Of a stretch of 64,000 nt of DNA, positions 51,001 through 63,000 are shown one piece after another (the first letter of the stretch is position 1; every line of letters begins with the position of its first letter). A program made the position numbers and the translations under genes. The notes beneath the pieces are model-generated. The model made no database searches and was not told the DNA's origin. It saw only the letters and a program-made list of their open reading frames with translations. This DNA is from Rhina ancylostomus. Its lineage: Eukaryota. Where the stretch lies: positions 79,684,013 to 79,748,012 of the forward strand of contig JARFYF010000104.1 in assembly GCA_030265395.1 (NCBI GenBank). Direction: 5' to 3'.

Positions 51001-54000
51001 AATTACAGACCCATTAGTCTGTCATCAGTGGTAGGGAAGATATTAGAATCGATTCTCAAAGATGAGGTTACTGAATATCTAGAGGTGAATGGCAAGATAG
51101 GNNNNNNNNNNNNNNNNNNNNNNNNNNNNNNNNNNNNNNNNNNNNNNNNNNNNNNNNNNNNNNNNNNNNNNNNNNNNNNNNNNNNNNNNNNNNNNNNNNN
51201 NTTTCCATTTCCATGGAGCAGGCTCGATGGGCCGAATGGCCTTCTTCTGCTCCCTTATCTTGTGATCTTGTGAAATGAATGACATAATGAGCAGTCTAAG
51301 GTTGTTGAAGGCTGCATAAATTAAAGCTTTTCCCAATATGGGCAAGCCCTTATAGTTCCTGGACTGTAATTCAAAGCCTGTTCTACAGGGAGTACACTTC
51401 CTTGAAGTGCTCTACCATGAACATGAAGAAACTCATGTTTAAATTTCAAATACTGGAGATTTGAGGATTCAACCTCCAAACTCCCAAAGAGGTCTTCAAT
51501 CAAAACCAGCAAAGAAAGCTTTTTTTAAAATATAACCTGCATTAAGCAAGAAGAGAATGGACAGTTTACATTGGAAATTGCCATTAGAATTGTTTAAGTA
51601 CACAGTTTCTATTATATTTATCTTACTCAAAATTGAAATGAAATGAATTAAAGCTTATGTGCAGAATGCACATATCATGTGCAAAACTTCCACAACATAG
51701 ATTGTAACAGGTGTGAGCAATTAATGTTAAATTGGTTATGATAAATTACCTTTATGTACAGTTCATTCATTTTTTTGAAAACTTCTGAGATAGGCTTTGT
51801 TGTAACAACTTGATCATTGATACATTTTTCTGCCTCTTTTAATGTGACATGCTGAGAGTATTGCTTTACCAACTGGGAGAATCTCACCTTTTGTAAGTCA
51901 ATATATTGTTCCATAGTTCGAACTGCATTCTGCAACACAAGCAAGAACACAATAGACTAATCAACTGAAATCACCTCCAGTTAAAAATAGCCTGAATTTT
52001 AGTGATTTATCTCTTGAAAACTATCATTGTGCCAAAAAAATTGAAGTACTGCAAGACTAAAAGTATTTAATTTAGACTGAGAGTACCATGCATAAATGAC
52101 AAACATCAAATGGGTCACAAAGGGTTACATTTCTCTGGGGAAGCATTTTTGCAGGGAGGATGGAGCCTCCCAAGGGACTAAAATGACAGAAAGGAAACAC
52201 ATTCACAATTCAAACTGTATGTGTGCTGCCTGCCACATTAGGCATGGACAAAAGAGAAAGACTTGCAGATGTCCCAGCTGCAATACTGGCCGGGGTAAGC
52301 CAATGTTAAACAATGCAGAGAATTGGTGCTGCTCTCAGTCTGATGATCTTTAAACTTTTCAGGCAGTAACTCACACTCCACTGTCCCACTCCACCCCTGA
52401 AATACCAATATCTGCTTTGCCGCATCCCCCACTGTCTGTTTCCTAACTCTACAATGTCTGACCTTTTCCCATGTGACGTCAAGCTCCTTTTTCACACAAC
52501 AACTACCTCTCAAACTCCCCAGTGTTTACTTTCTCATTTTTCAACATTTATTTTCTGAAATCTCCGTGTCTCCTTCTGAGCACTAGATTTCTTTTTCTCA
52601 ATACCCCAACTTCTGCCTCCTTGATACCTTGATTTCTGCCTTCTCAACACCCCTGTTTCTGCATCTTCAACCCCTCCCCCCATTTCATACCACCTTATTC
52701 TGTTTTCTGCCCCAACCCCTGATGTCAACCTCCTCAGTCTCCTCAATTTCCACTTTCTTCAGCCCCAGGATCTGCCTTCTTCAAAACTTCCCAGATTTCC
52801 ACTTTCCTACCCTCAAGGATCAGTCCAAACTCCCCAATTTTATCCTCTTTGAGGTCTCAGTGATTGCTTCCCTCTTGTCCAATGTTTGCCATCCCCGATG
52901 TCTTCTTCCCAAAGTACCCAATTACTTTGATTCTCTGATCCTATGAGAGCAATCTTGTCACTTACGTGTATATTGCTCTGCCTATATGTAGCACTGATGA
53001 TCAGCATTTATTGGTCTGTGCCCCTACTGGAACATCATCATGATTATAATAACATCAGAGATCCAATATCTGGGACTCCTGGGACCTCCCCATATGTTTT
53101 CCAGATAATGGGTAGTTTTGAATATTCCCCCCAGTTTAATTATTGTCCAATTAGGTACATGGAACTAACATCCATCAATAGCAGTTAAAGTTGTGTTATT
53201 TATTCGGAGATTGCACTTGAAGGTTATATGAACAGTTTTTTTTACACTTTTTTGCACTGAATGAGCCAAGAAATTGTCATGCCATAAAAAGTGAATGGTC
53301 ATGCATGAATGACTGAATATTTTACAGTTTGCTTAATTACTTCTGCAAAGAGGAAATACTTTGCTTGATGGATCTTCTCAAAATCTATGCTTTCTTAAAG
53401 TCTTGAAATCAAAACATAATGTTTTATCTAATAAGCTGACATAATTATAAAAGTCCACCTCAGCATAACACATGTAGCATGTTAATAATTGCAGGTATCA
53501 ATCATGTGTATGTGATTAATGAACCATAAGCAATGATTTGCCACTGAACCCATCATACAAGAAACAATCTGTAATAATCAAAACGTCATTATGTGATTTA
53601 AGGTCCAGTGCGGTTGGCTTTTCAGTCCAGCAGTAGGTAGTAAAATGAAGCAGAGGATATATTTATCAAGGGTGTATTTAGGTAAAAAAAATGTAACTCA
53701 TAACCATTCCAAATACAACAAATTTAAAATTTATTTATTCCTTCTAAATGCTGCCTTCTTCATTAAACTACACTGCCAACCTGCAGCCACAATCAATGCA
53801 TTTCAGAAGTGAGATTTTCATATCAAAATTTTTGAGGAACTAAGTTATGTTTTAATTTGTGCCTATTCAAGTGACTTAATACACCTCATTTCCCTCAAAG
53901 CGCTCTCAGTAGTCATCCTCAACCTTTTGCACTCTCCCCTTCACAGAAAATGCCTCTTCTCAAANNNNNNNNNNNNNNNNNNNNNNNNNNNNNNNNNNNN

Positions 54001-57000
54001 NNNNNNNNNNNNNNNNNNNNNNNNNNNNNNNNNNNNNNNNNNNNNNNNNNNNNNNNNNNNNNNNNNNNNNNNNNNNNNNNNNNNNNNNNNNNNNNNNNNN
54101 NNNNNNNNNNNNNNNNNNNNNNNNNNNNNNNNNNNNNNNNNNNNNNNNNNNNNNNNNNNNNNNNNNNNNNNNNNNNNNNNNNNNNNNNNNNNNNNNNNNN
54201 NNNNNNNNNNNNNNNNNNNNNNNNNNNNNNNNNNNNNNNNNNNNNNNNNNNNNNNNNNNNNNNNNNNNNNNNNNNNNNNNNNNNNNNNNNNNNNNNNNNN
54301 NNNNNNNNNNNNNNNNNNNNNNNNNNNNNNNNNNNNNNNNNNNNNNNNNNNNNNNNNNNNNNNNNNNNNNNNNNNNNNNNNNNNNNNNNNNNNNNNNNNN
54401 NNNNNNNNNNNNNNNNNNNNNNNNNNNNNNNNNNNNNNNNNNNNNNNNNNNNNNNNNNNNNNNNNNNNNNNNNNNNNNNNNNNNNNNNNNNNNNNNNNNN
54501 NNNNNNNNNNNNNNNNNNNNNNNNNNNNNNNNNNNNNNNNNNNNNNNNNNNNNNNNNNNNNNNNNNNNNNNNNNNNNNNNNNNNNNNNNNNNAATATTTT
54601 TCCCTTAGTTCACCTGCACTTAGCCTTCTTCCCAGTTCACAGACACAGCTTCCACTGGATATTATTAAATTTTTTGCTGTGCACCAAAGATGCATATTAA
54701 TCACTAAACGGTTATAACATGAGGTAGAAGCAGAAGGAGCCTTTTCAACTCCTTGTGCTGGCTCTGCCATTCAGTAAGATCATGGCTAAACTTTTACCTC
54801 AGCATTAGTTTCCTGCCTCTTAATTCCCTTTATATCCAAAAGTTCTATTGACCTATATCTTGAATGTACTCAATGATCAAGCAACCACAATCCTCCTAGA
54901 TGGAGAAATTCAATGATTCACTGTCCTCTGGGTGATGAAATTTCTCACTTTTGCTTGCCTAACCCATTACTTTGAGACTGCAACAGAAAATTTAAAAAAC
55001 AACAGTTGTTGATCTGATCTACATCACCAAAAGTCAAATCTGAAATAAAATCAGAAAGTGCAGGAAATACTCAGGAGGCCAGGCAACCTCTGTGGAGACA
55101 GAAATGGTTTCAGATCATACCTTAACTCTGATCTGACTTGACCTGTTACTCATCTCCATAGAATGCTGCCTGATCTGCCAAGCATTTCCAGTACTTTCTG
55201 TTTTTATTTTCAGTCTGTGACCTCACAGTTCAGGACACTCTGGCCAGGGAATTATCACCCCTGCATCTACTCTGGCCATTCTCCAACGTATATTGTATGT
55301 TCAACATCTGGCATGAATTAGATGTGGCAAAACATTTCATGGTGGGATTCTGAAAAAATGGATGGAATGTGATCAGACTTCTAGCTCCTGGAGTTAATTA
55401 GTGTTTTACTAAATTTGGAAAATGACATTGAATGTACAGTGCAAAAATGGACTGTATGTATGTTGCTTTATTCATTATTATCTGTTTTAATATATTACAT
55501 TTGCAAAATTAGCTTTTCCGATTTCTATTGGATGAAATCATAGCATGCTTACCATGTGTTGAATAGATTGAACTGAATAAATTTACACATAGCATGCTAT
55601 ATCAATATTAACTCCTAATAGGATGGAAGAGGGCTGAATGACTTTTGTCTTTTAAAATACTTTAATCAAACCACCTGCCTTCATTTTAAGAATCACCCTA
55701 CTTTTAAGTAAAATGGACAGATTTCTTAACTATAAGAAAATGGTTAAATCTACTGCAGGAATGTTTTTACACACCTATGTAGAGGTGTAGATGTGTTCCC
55801 TCAAGGCCCAAAAACCTACCAAGTAAACTACCTACGCACAATCCTCACAGTTTGCCCGCANNNNNNNNNNNNNNNNNNNNNNNNNNNNNNNNNNNNNNNN
55901 NNNNNNNNNNNNNNNNNNNNNNNNNNNNNTGTCTAGTATTGGAATTTTTAGAGACATAAGGTTAAGGAAACAGGCCCTTCAGCCCATTTAGTCCATGCTG
56001 ACCATCAAGCACCTATCTACATTAATCCTATTTTATTCTCCCTGAATTCTGATTAACTCACCTCAGATTCTATCACTCACCTACACACTAGAAGCAGTTT
56101 ACAGTGGCCAGTTAACCTACCAACCCATATGTTTATGGCATATGGGAGGAAATTAGATCACTAGGAGGAAACCTATGCGGTCAGAGGGAGAACATGTGAA
56201 GTCAACAGAGTACCTGAGGTTAGGATTGAACCTGTTCCAAGACTGCGAGGCAGCTGCTCTACCAGCTGTACCACTGTCTGGCCCTTCTCACCAATGCAGC
56301 TGAGATTTCCCATGATGGTAACTGGATGCACTTGCCTGAAGCAATCTGCAATTATAATCTCCTCCGCCAGCCTCACACTGTAATCAGGACCCTCTATAGT
56401 CTCTCTCACTCCCAAACACACTTCCTTTGCATTGTAGACTTTGCCTTTGCGAACCAGGCCTAAAGATTGTCAGTCTATCAGGGCCCCATTTAAAAGAATA
56501 CTGTTGTTAACTTCTGCACCACTCTTGGAAACAATAATGTTCCAGGTTTCTGCACCACAAAACAGACACATAAGCCCCTGCTCCCATCAAACTCCAACCT
56601 CTCTGCTTCACCAAACTTCAACACTTTGACCAAACTTGCCTTTTGGTTAAAAATCAAGATAATATTTTTGAATAAAGAGGAATAGTTATTGCAATATTTT
56701 TCATAAATATCGTCTCAGTACTGTGAGGCATGTTTGAATTCAACGAAGCAATGAAGGAACATTCTTTCCACTGCATTTGTGCCTGGCACAAGAGAAGAGC
56801 AGAGACTCACATTTTCCAGGTGTCTGTTCTAATNNNNNNNNNNNNNNNNNNNNNNNNNNNNNNNNNNNNNNNNNNNNNNNNNNNNNNNNNNNNNNNNNNN
56901 NNNNNNNNNNNNNNNNNNNNNNNNNNNAGGGCTTCCTGATCCATTCTCCCACTGGATAACCAGGTGCGGATCCACCTGTAAGGGGTAGGGGCTGGTCACT

Positions 57001-60000
57001 GAAAATAATACCTAATGTAGCATCTATGCTCTGCTGTGGCAGGTCTCCCTTATATTCTGGCAAATCCCACCAAATTTATTGCTGGATTTATGAATCTGCT
57101 AATTGTACACATTTTGCAGGTGTGCTTAAAATACACTATGGGTGCAGTTTTCCACTCATTCNNNNNNNNNNAAAACCAAACAAGCTGTTTTAAAAAGCAA
57201 TGGTAAAACAGTGTTTCTGTGTTTTGATCACTCAAATTGGTCTAGGATTGTACTTTGTATCTCCTACCTTGTAGTTTTCTTTCAAAATTATGTTATTGTT
57301 GACACCTTTTGTTAAAACTCTGGTATTATGATTCACATCTGCTCTTGTGAAAAGGAGAATGGCATCAGGATCCCGGGCTTTAACAAACTTCATATCTCTT
57401 CTTGTGCATTGTGATACATTTGCATGATGGATTGCGTCCAGCTCCTTTGCATTAAGTGTACAAAATAGTGACAAAATTGAGATCAAATGAAGAACATATC
57501 CTATGTTTCTGAGGCTTTCTTGGTGTGTAAATTTGAATTTACCATGTATGAGAAATTCACCTGAATTAAACTTGTTCTAAAATACTGACTAATTTCTGCC
57601 TAAATTAGTTGCTGGTAGAACCTGTATCCTTCACAAAGCAGTAAACATGTGAAAATCATTGGATAATGAGAGCAGAAACTATGTTCCAGGGAATTCAACA
57701 GATGCACCCAATCTGATCATGTAAATAAAGGAGTAAGTGGTCTTCATTGAATCGGTAAATTTCCTGGGATTTCAGCAACACTTTCTGTTCCTCCCCCAGG
57801 CCAACAAATACAATCAGGAACAAGGGGAAGAAATTACAATGCTCCCAATTTCCTTCAGACCAATTCCCTCAATGTATTGTCAGATAGGAACCCATTTGTA
57901 ATGAGTGATGAGCACCAAAAAAAGTCTAATACAGTGACAATGCTTTGCTGTTGCATGCCTCCCTTATATTTTGGGAAGTTCCATCAAATTTAATCCAATG
58001 CTGTCATCAGGCACCAGAGGCTCACTCTATCTGTAACCTTCTCAAGTCTTACAATCACCTCAACATTCATACGCTTCCATTTCTGGTCATATTCTCTTCC
58101 TATTTTAGTTCCTCAACCACTGGTAGTTGTATTTCAGCTACTGGGGTTTTAAACTGTGGAGACAACTCTTAAAACCAATCTCCTTTATTCCTTCCATAAT
58201 CTCATGAGGCTCACTGTCACATTATGTGTGATAACAGTACAGTGAAAAGCCTTGGGGTGCTTAACCATATTGAAAGCTTAATATATATGCAGGATTTTAT
58301 TGGTATTGAAAAATCATAACTCACTGTTTAAAGATAAAAAAAAACAAGGAAAACCAGTAAGATGGTTGAATATAAATTCCTTGATTTATCACACTTACTC
58401 TTTGTAAACAGGAGATATGAATTTTCCTCTTGTCAATTTGTTGTTTGTTTTGGTGTTGCCCTTTGTCATTGCATTGGATCACATCATCACATTGCTGTTG
58501 CCTGTATAACTCAGAATAAATGGAATGTATTTTGGAAACTAAGGATCATTCTTAATTAGAAACATTGTTCCATTAAATGTCATTAACCAAGCACATTGCT
58601 TCAGCAAGCTGATACAGAAATAAATTGTTTGATGCAGACTATTCTCCATAACAGATTGGATTACATGTTGTAAATACTAATTTTTTCATTGAGGAACAGG
58701 GATAATGGGAGCACTGAACACTAAGAAAAACACACTCAGTATAGGTCAACTTGCCAAATCAAATTCAATAGTGGCATTGTCACAGTTGTCTAGGTCATGA
58801 GGAATAAGTGGAGAAGTGAGGTTTTGAAGAAAATAACATACAATAAGCAGGGGAAAATGGCAAGATGCGCTGCCTCAACCTCAGGGAAGAGAAGATAAGT
58901 TTTAACTGCTTAATTTAGAACAGTGATTATATGAAGTGCATTGGCATTGGCAATGGCAATGGTAAGGTGGGGGTAGCAGCTCGTAATACAGGAACAACAG
59001 AGAAATAGCTTGAAATTAGGTAGATAAGGAGAAGGGACAAAAGACTGGATTACAGGAGGGAAAAATAGGACATTATAAAAAATAAATATGATTTTTTTAA
59101 AATCCCTATCTGAAGAAATGATATTGTAATAAATTAACAATCAGCCATGAACAAATACTATGTCATTACTTCCTTAACAGCTTTAACATCCCATGGCAGG
59201 TTTAATGCCCTATTAATGTGTGAATGCAGTAAATTCATGAAACTCATGATGCTGCCTCCTCAATGCCAAAACCAGAGAGGATTATCGTCCTGTAATTTAT
59301 GGTGATTTGCAATTTACAAGTGATTTCTGAAGAGAAGGCTGGGATTTTTATATTAATCCAGCAGAGCCTGGACCCAGACTGTTGAAGATATGGGCTTCAA
59401 ATATAGAAACAAGGGAGCAGGGATGCACAAGCTGTCAGAGTTAGAGCAATGCAGAGCTCTGGGGGAAAAAGGGCTTGTAGAGCTGGAAGAGGTGATAGAT
59501 ATAGGGATATTCTACCATTCTTTCTAATTTTAATGAAACAAGCCATCAATGCACAAAAAAACCTGCAATACGAATCATGTAAAAACGTATATTTTCTGAT
59601 TCATTTAATATCAAACTGGATGAACGACAGTAGCCTGTAATAAAAGTGCTACCAAACAGGATGTACAAATGGTATTAGGCAGAAAACCTGATATTTCTGA
59701 AACTGAGTAAGACTGCCCAATTAGAATGCTGTGGAAAAGATGAATGAATAAGCTTTTGTGTCTGATAGCTGAATGAATCCTGTGTCAGTAGCAGTTATTT
59801 GAATGTAAAGTCTGCCCTCAGATCTAGGAGTTTCAGAAAACACTTACAGCAGCTGAAACTTATTCCAAAATTCAGTCTGTGATGGACCTTTCGCACGATC
59901 CACCAAGATGGTGGAATTTGCATCTTTTCCAAAGTCTTGAAGGAATTTCAAGCTGGCCTTATCACGCACGTCTTCAATGTTGATGGTTGCTTTCTCATGG

Positions 60001-63000
60001 GATAACCAACCAAAGGAAGATTCAGGATATTTCATCCCATCACTACTTAACAAGGCACTGATGACTTTGGGTCAAGAACAAGAATCAAAATAAACACACA
60101 ATCACAAGACACTTTGTCAATCATTCTGGCTATAATTAACTTTAAGCATTTCCACATAACCTAAAAATAAATGTGGGATGCCCTGAAGATCCATATTACT
60201 GTAATACTGGCAATTATACTGGGAAAGCGCACATTGAAAAACCTCTGCTGAAGGCTTTGAGGGGTCATGGTGATGATCCCCTGTATGCATGGAACTGATA
60301 GGCTACTGGAGTCACCACTAGGGTGGCATCAGGACTCTTTCCCTTTGTTGAAAACTCCTGCGCCCCCACCCTTGTATGAAAATTGGCAGGAGTCCTGCTC
60401 TTAGTAATGGCAAACATCTTGTCCATTAGAGGTTCAAACAGCCAGAATAACACCCACGTGCTCTAGATGGGTGTATTGCCGACTCTGGTCAAAGTGGTGA
60501 ACTGTTGGCAGATGAAACAGGAACATAGGGAGTCTTCAGGCCTGGATGCATTTTGCCACAGGCCTTGTTGGAGAAGGCCAATCAATAATTCACCACAAAT
60601 TCCAGCCCTACCAGAGGTCCAACAGGGTGATATCTGAAAGGCCACAGCAAAAAGATACAATATTTATTTCCTAAAGAAAACCTAATGTGAAATAGCTAGG
60701 ATATTGTCCTGTGCTTAGCTTCCTTATTCTCTTAAACTGTAAACTAAAAATAATAATGATTTGGTCCAAGTTGGTATTAAATCATGGACCCATTGTGGCA
60801 AACCCAAATCAATAGATGGCTCCTTGCAGGAAGCAACCATGTCCTAGAAAATCTGATGCCTAACCTCTTATAAGTAATTCACAGGCTGGCCAATTTTCTA
60901 TGAACAATTCAGATGCTGGTACTGAGTCCATCTAACTGCAAATGTGCAAATCATTTTAATGTTTAAATACAAGTATAAATTATCCACTATGAATTATATG
61001 TTCTCAAAGAGGGTCCATACACTGTGAGGTTTCAAAGATAAATATTATCTGTAGAAGAGCTGGGGATCTGCAAAATTAAACAGTCTTCCTAAAGTTGTTT
61101 TTTTATTATGCACTTTATTGGAACTAGATAATGATTCTCTTTCTTTGCTGCAAGTTGCTTGGTTGTTTGATTTTGCTCAGTGGGCTATAGTTTTTGTATT
61201 CCTTTACCAACATTTTTCTTCATCTTCTCTCACAAAGGGAGGATGATGAGTATTCCATCATTCTTGCATAAGGACAAGGAATTTGTGTTTGTGCATGTTG
61301 AGGGTAGCAGTGGAATGAGCATTTAGACATTTGAGGAGCTATGACTACAATCATCACATGTAGAACTTGTGCTTAGAGATCCCTCCACACATGACATATC
61401 GGAAGAAACCTGTCATTGTGGTCTCCATTTCAAAACACTTGCTACTGCATTTGAAGGTGAAAACATCTACAGCATGAAAATCTCTTCATTCCAAACCATC
61501 CTGGGAAATAACTAACATATCAAGTCATCTTCAGTTCTCACATGCATGAATCAACACAATGGAATGAGTTTCCAGCTGTCCAGAACACCCAATTTTCAGG
61601 GCTTCCTAAGTGCAAAGTTACATATTGTAAATGTGCTGCATCAAGACTGTTCGTGTCAACCCAATTATTATCCTGGATATAAAGGTTTACATGCAGTTAT
61701 TTTTCAGGTGATACCTGACCATTGAAACATCATCATGATTCCTTGACACAACTAAGAAATACTTTGGCTTAGACATTTCAGTATCTATTTCTAATATTGT
61801 GTCACCTTCATCATTTTGCCTGGTGGTCTAAAAAATGAATTGCTTCAAACTGTAATCCCAGAAAGATCTGTTCATTTTTCAAAACTTCATTTGTATATCA
61901 AAAACCTTGAATTTACCACAGTGACTGAACATCCCAATTTTAAATTTAAATTTTATTTACAGCGTGGTAACAGGCCCTTCTGGTCCAACGAGTCCACGCC
62001 ACCCATTTTAAACTCATGTGAACCTACCCGTACGTCTTTGGAATGTGGGAGGAAACCGGAGCACCCAGAGGAAACCCATGCAGACACAGGGAGAATGTAC
62101 AAACTCCTTATAGACAGTGGCCAGATTTGAACCCGGGTCACTGGCGCTCTAAAGCGTTAGTGTAGTGGATAGCCTATCTCTACCTCCACCCTCCCCTCAC
62201 TTCATCTGCCTGCATTTTTACTCTTTCCTTAAAATGTCTCTATCACCCACCAGCCACTATCTCCAAACTCCATCCCTCCCCCTTGCTGGCTCCATCTGCC
62301 CATCATCTCCCTCCACTCTGGTTCCACCTATCGCCTGCCAGCCCCTGCCCCCCTTTTACATTGCCTATTTCCTCTCTGCACTCTCAGTCCTCATGCAGGG
62401 TCTTGACCCAAAACATTGACTCTCCCTTTGCCTCCACAGATGCTGCTTGGCCTGCTGAGTTCCTCCAGCAGTTTGTTTTTTACTTGATTCCAGCATCTGC
62501 AATCTTTGAGAGTCCAAGGGCCTTCATCTGGTCTTTAAATGCCTGGTGTCAAGTGTTCAGAAACATATTCTGCAAATGCCTCCAGGTTAGATCAATTTTA
62601 AAAAAAACACAAGGGCTCAGACTGGATTTGCATTGGCTGTGATTGGATCAGATTTGAAATTCATCCAGAGCAGACCTCTAATCCAAGGCAACAGTGTGGA
62701 AGATACACTGATGCAACAAAGAAACTGGGAGAATGGAATGGATTTCATATAAAACAGAATGCAAGGATAGTTAAGTTAGCTGCAGGAGTCAGTGGACCTA
62801 CTAGAGTTTAGAACAACACAGCACAATACAGGCCCTTCAGCCCACCACATTGTGCCGCCAAAGTTTGGTCAGCTTATCGTCAGAAGTGGAAGGAGGTACA
62901 GTTGAGAGGACATTTACCCAAGTAATTAACCCCCACTTCACCCATCATTTGTTGATTGTGAACACTTTCTGTGCACAGATCGGCTGCCACATCACAGTAT

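Noticed and set aside
55553-55572. 20-nt AG...GTAAG micro-exon candidate
   Set aside because: It would frameshift the phase-0 join and has no other support.
56811-56975. Candidate exon VDPHLVIQWENGSGSP...|gtgagt spanning a gap
   Set aside because: Phase is unresolved across the gap, and the flanking exons (57268 and 51929) already join in frame through the putative conserved domain.
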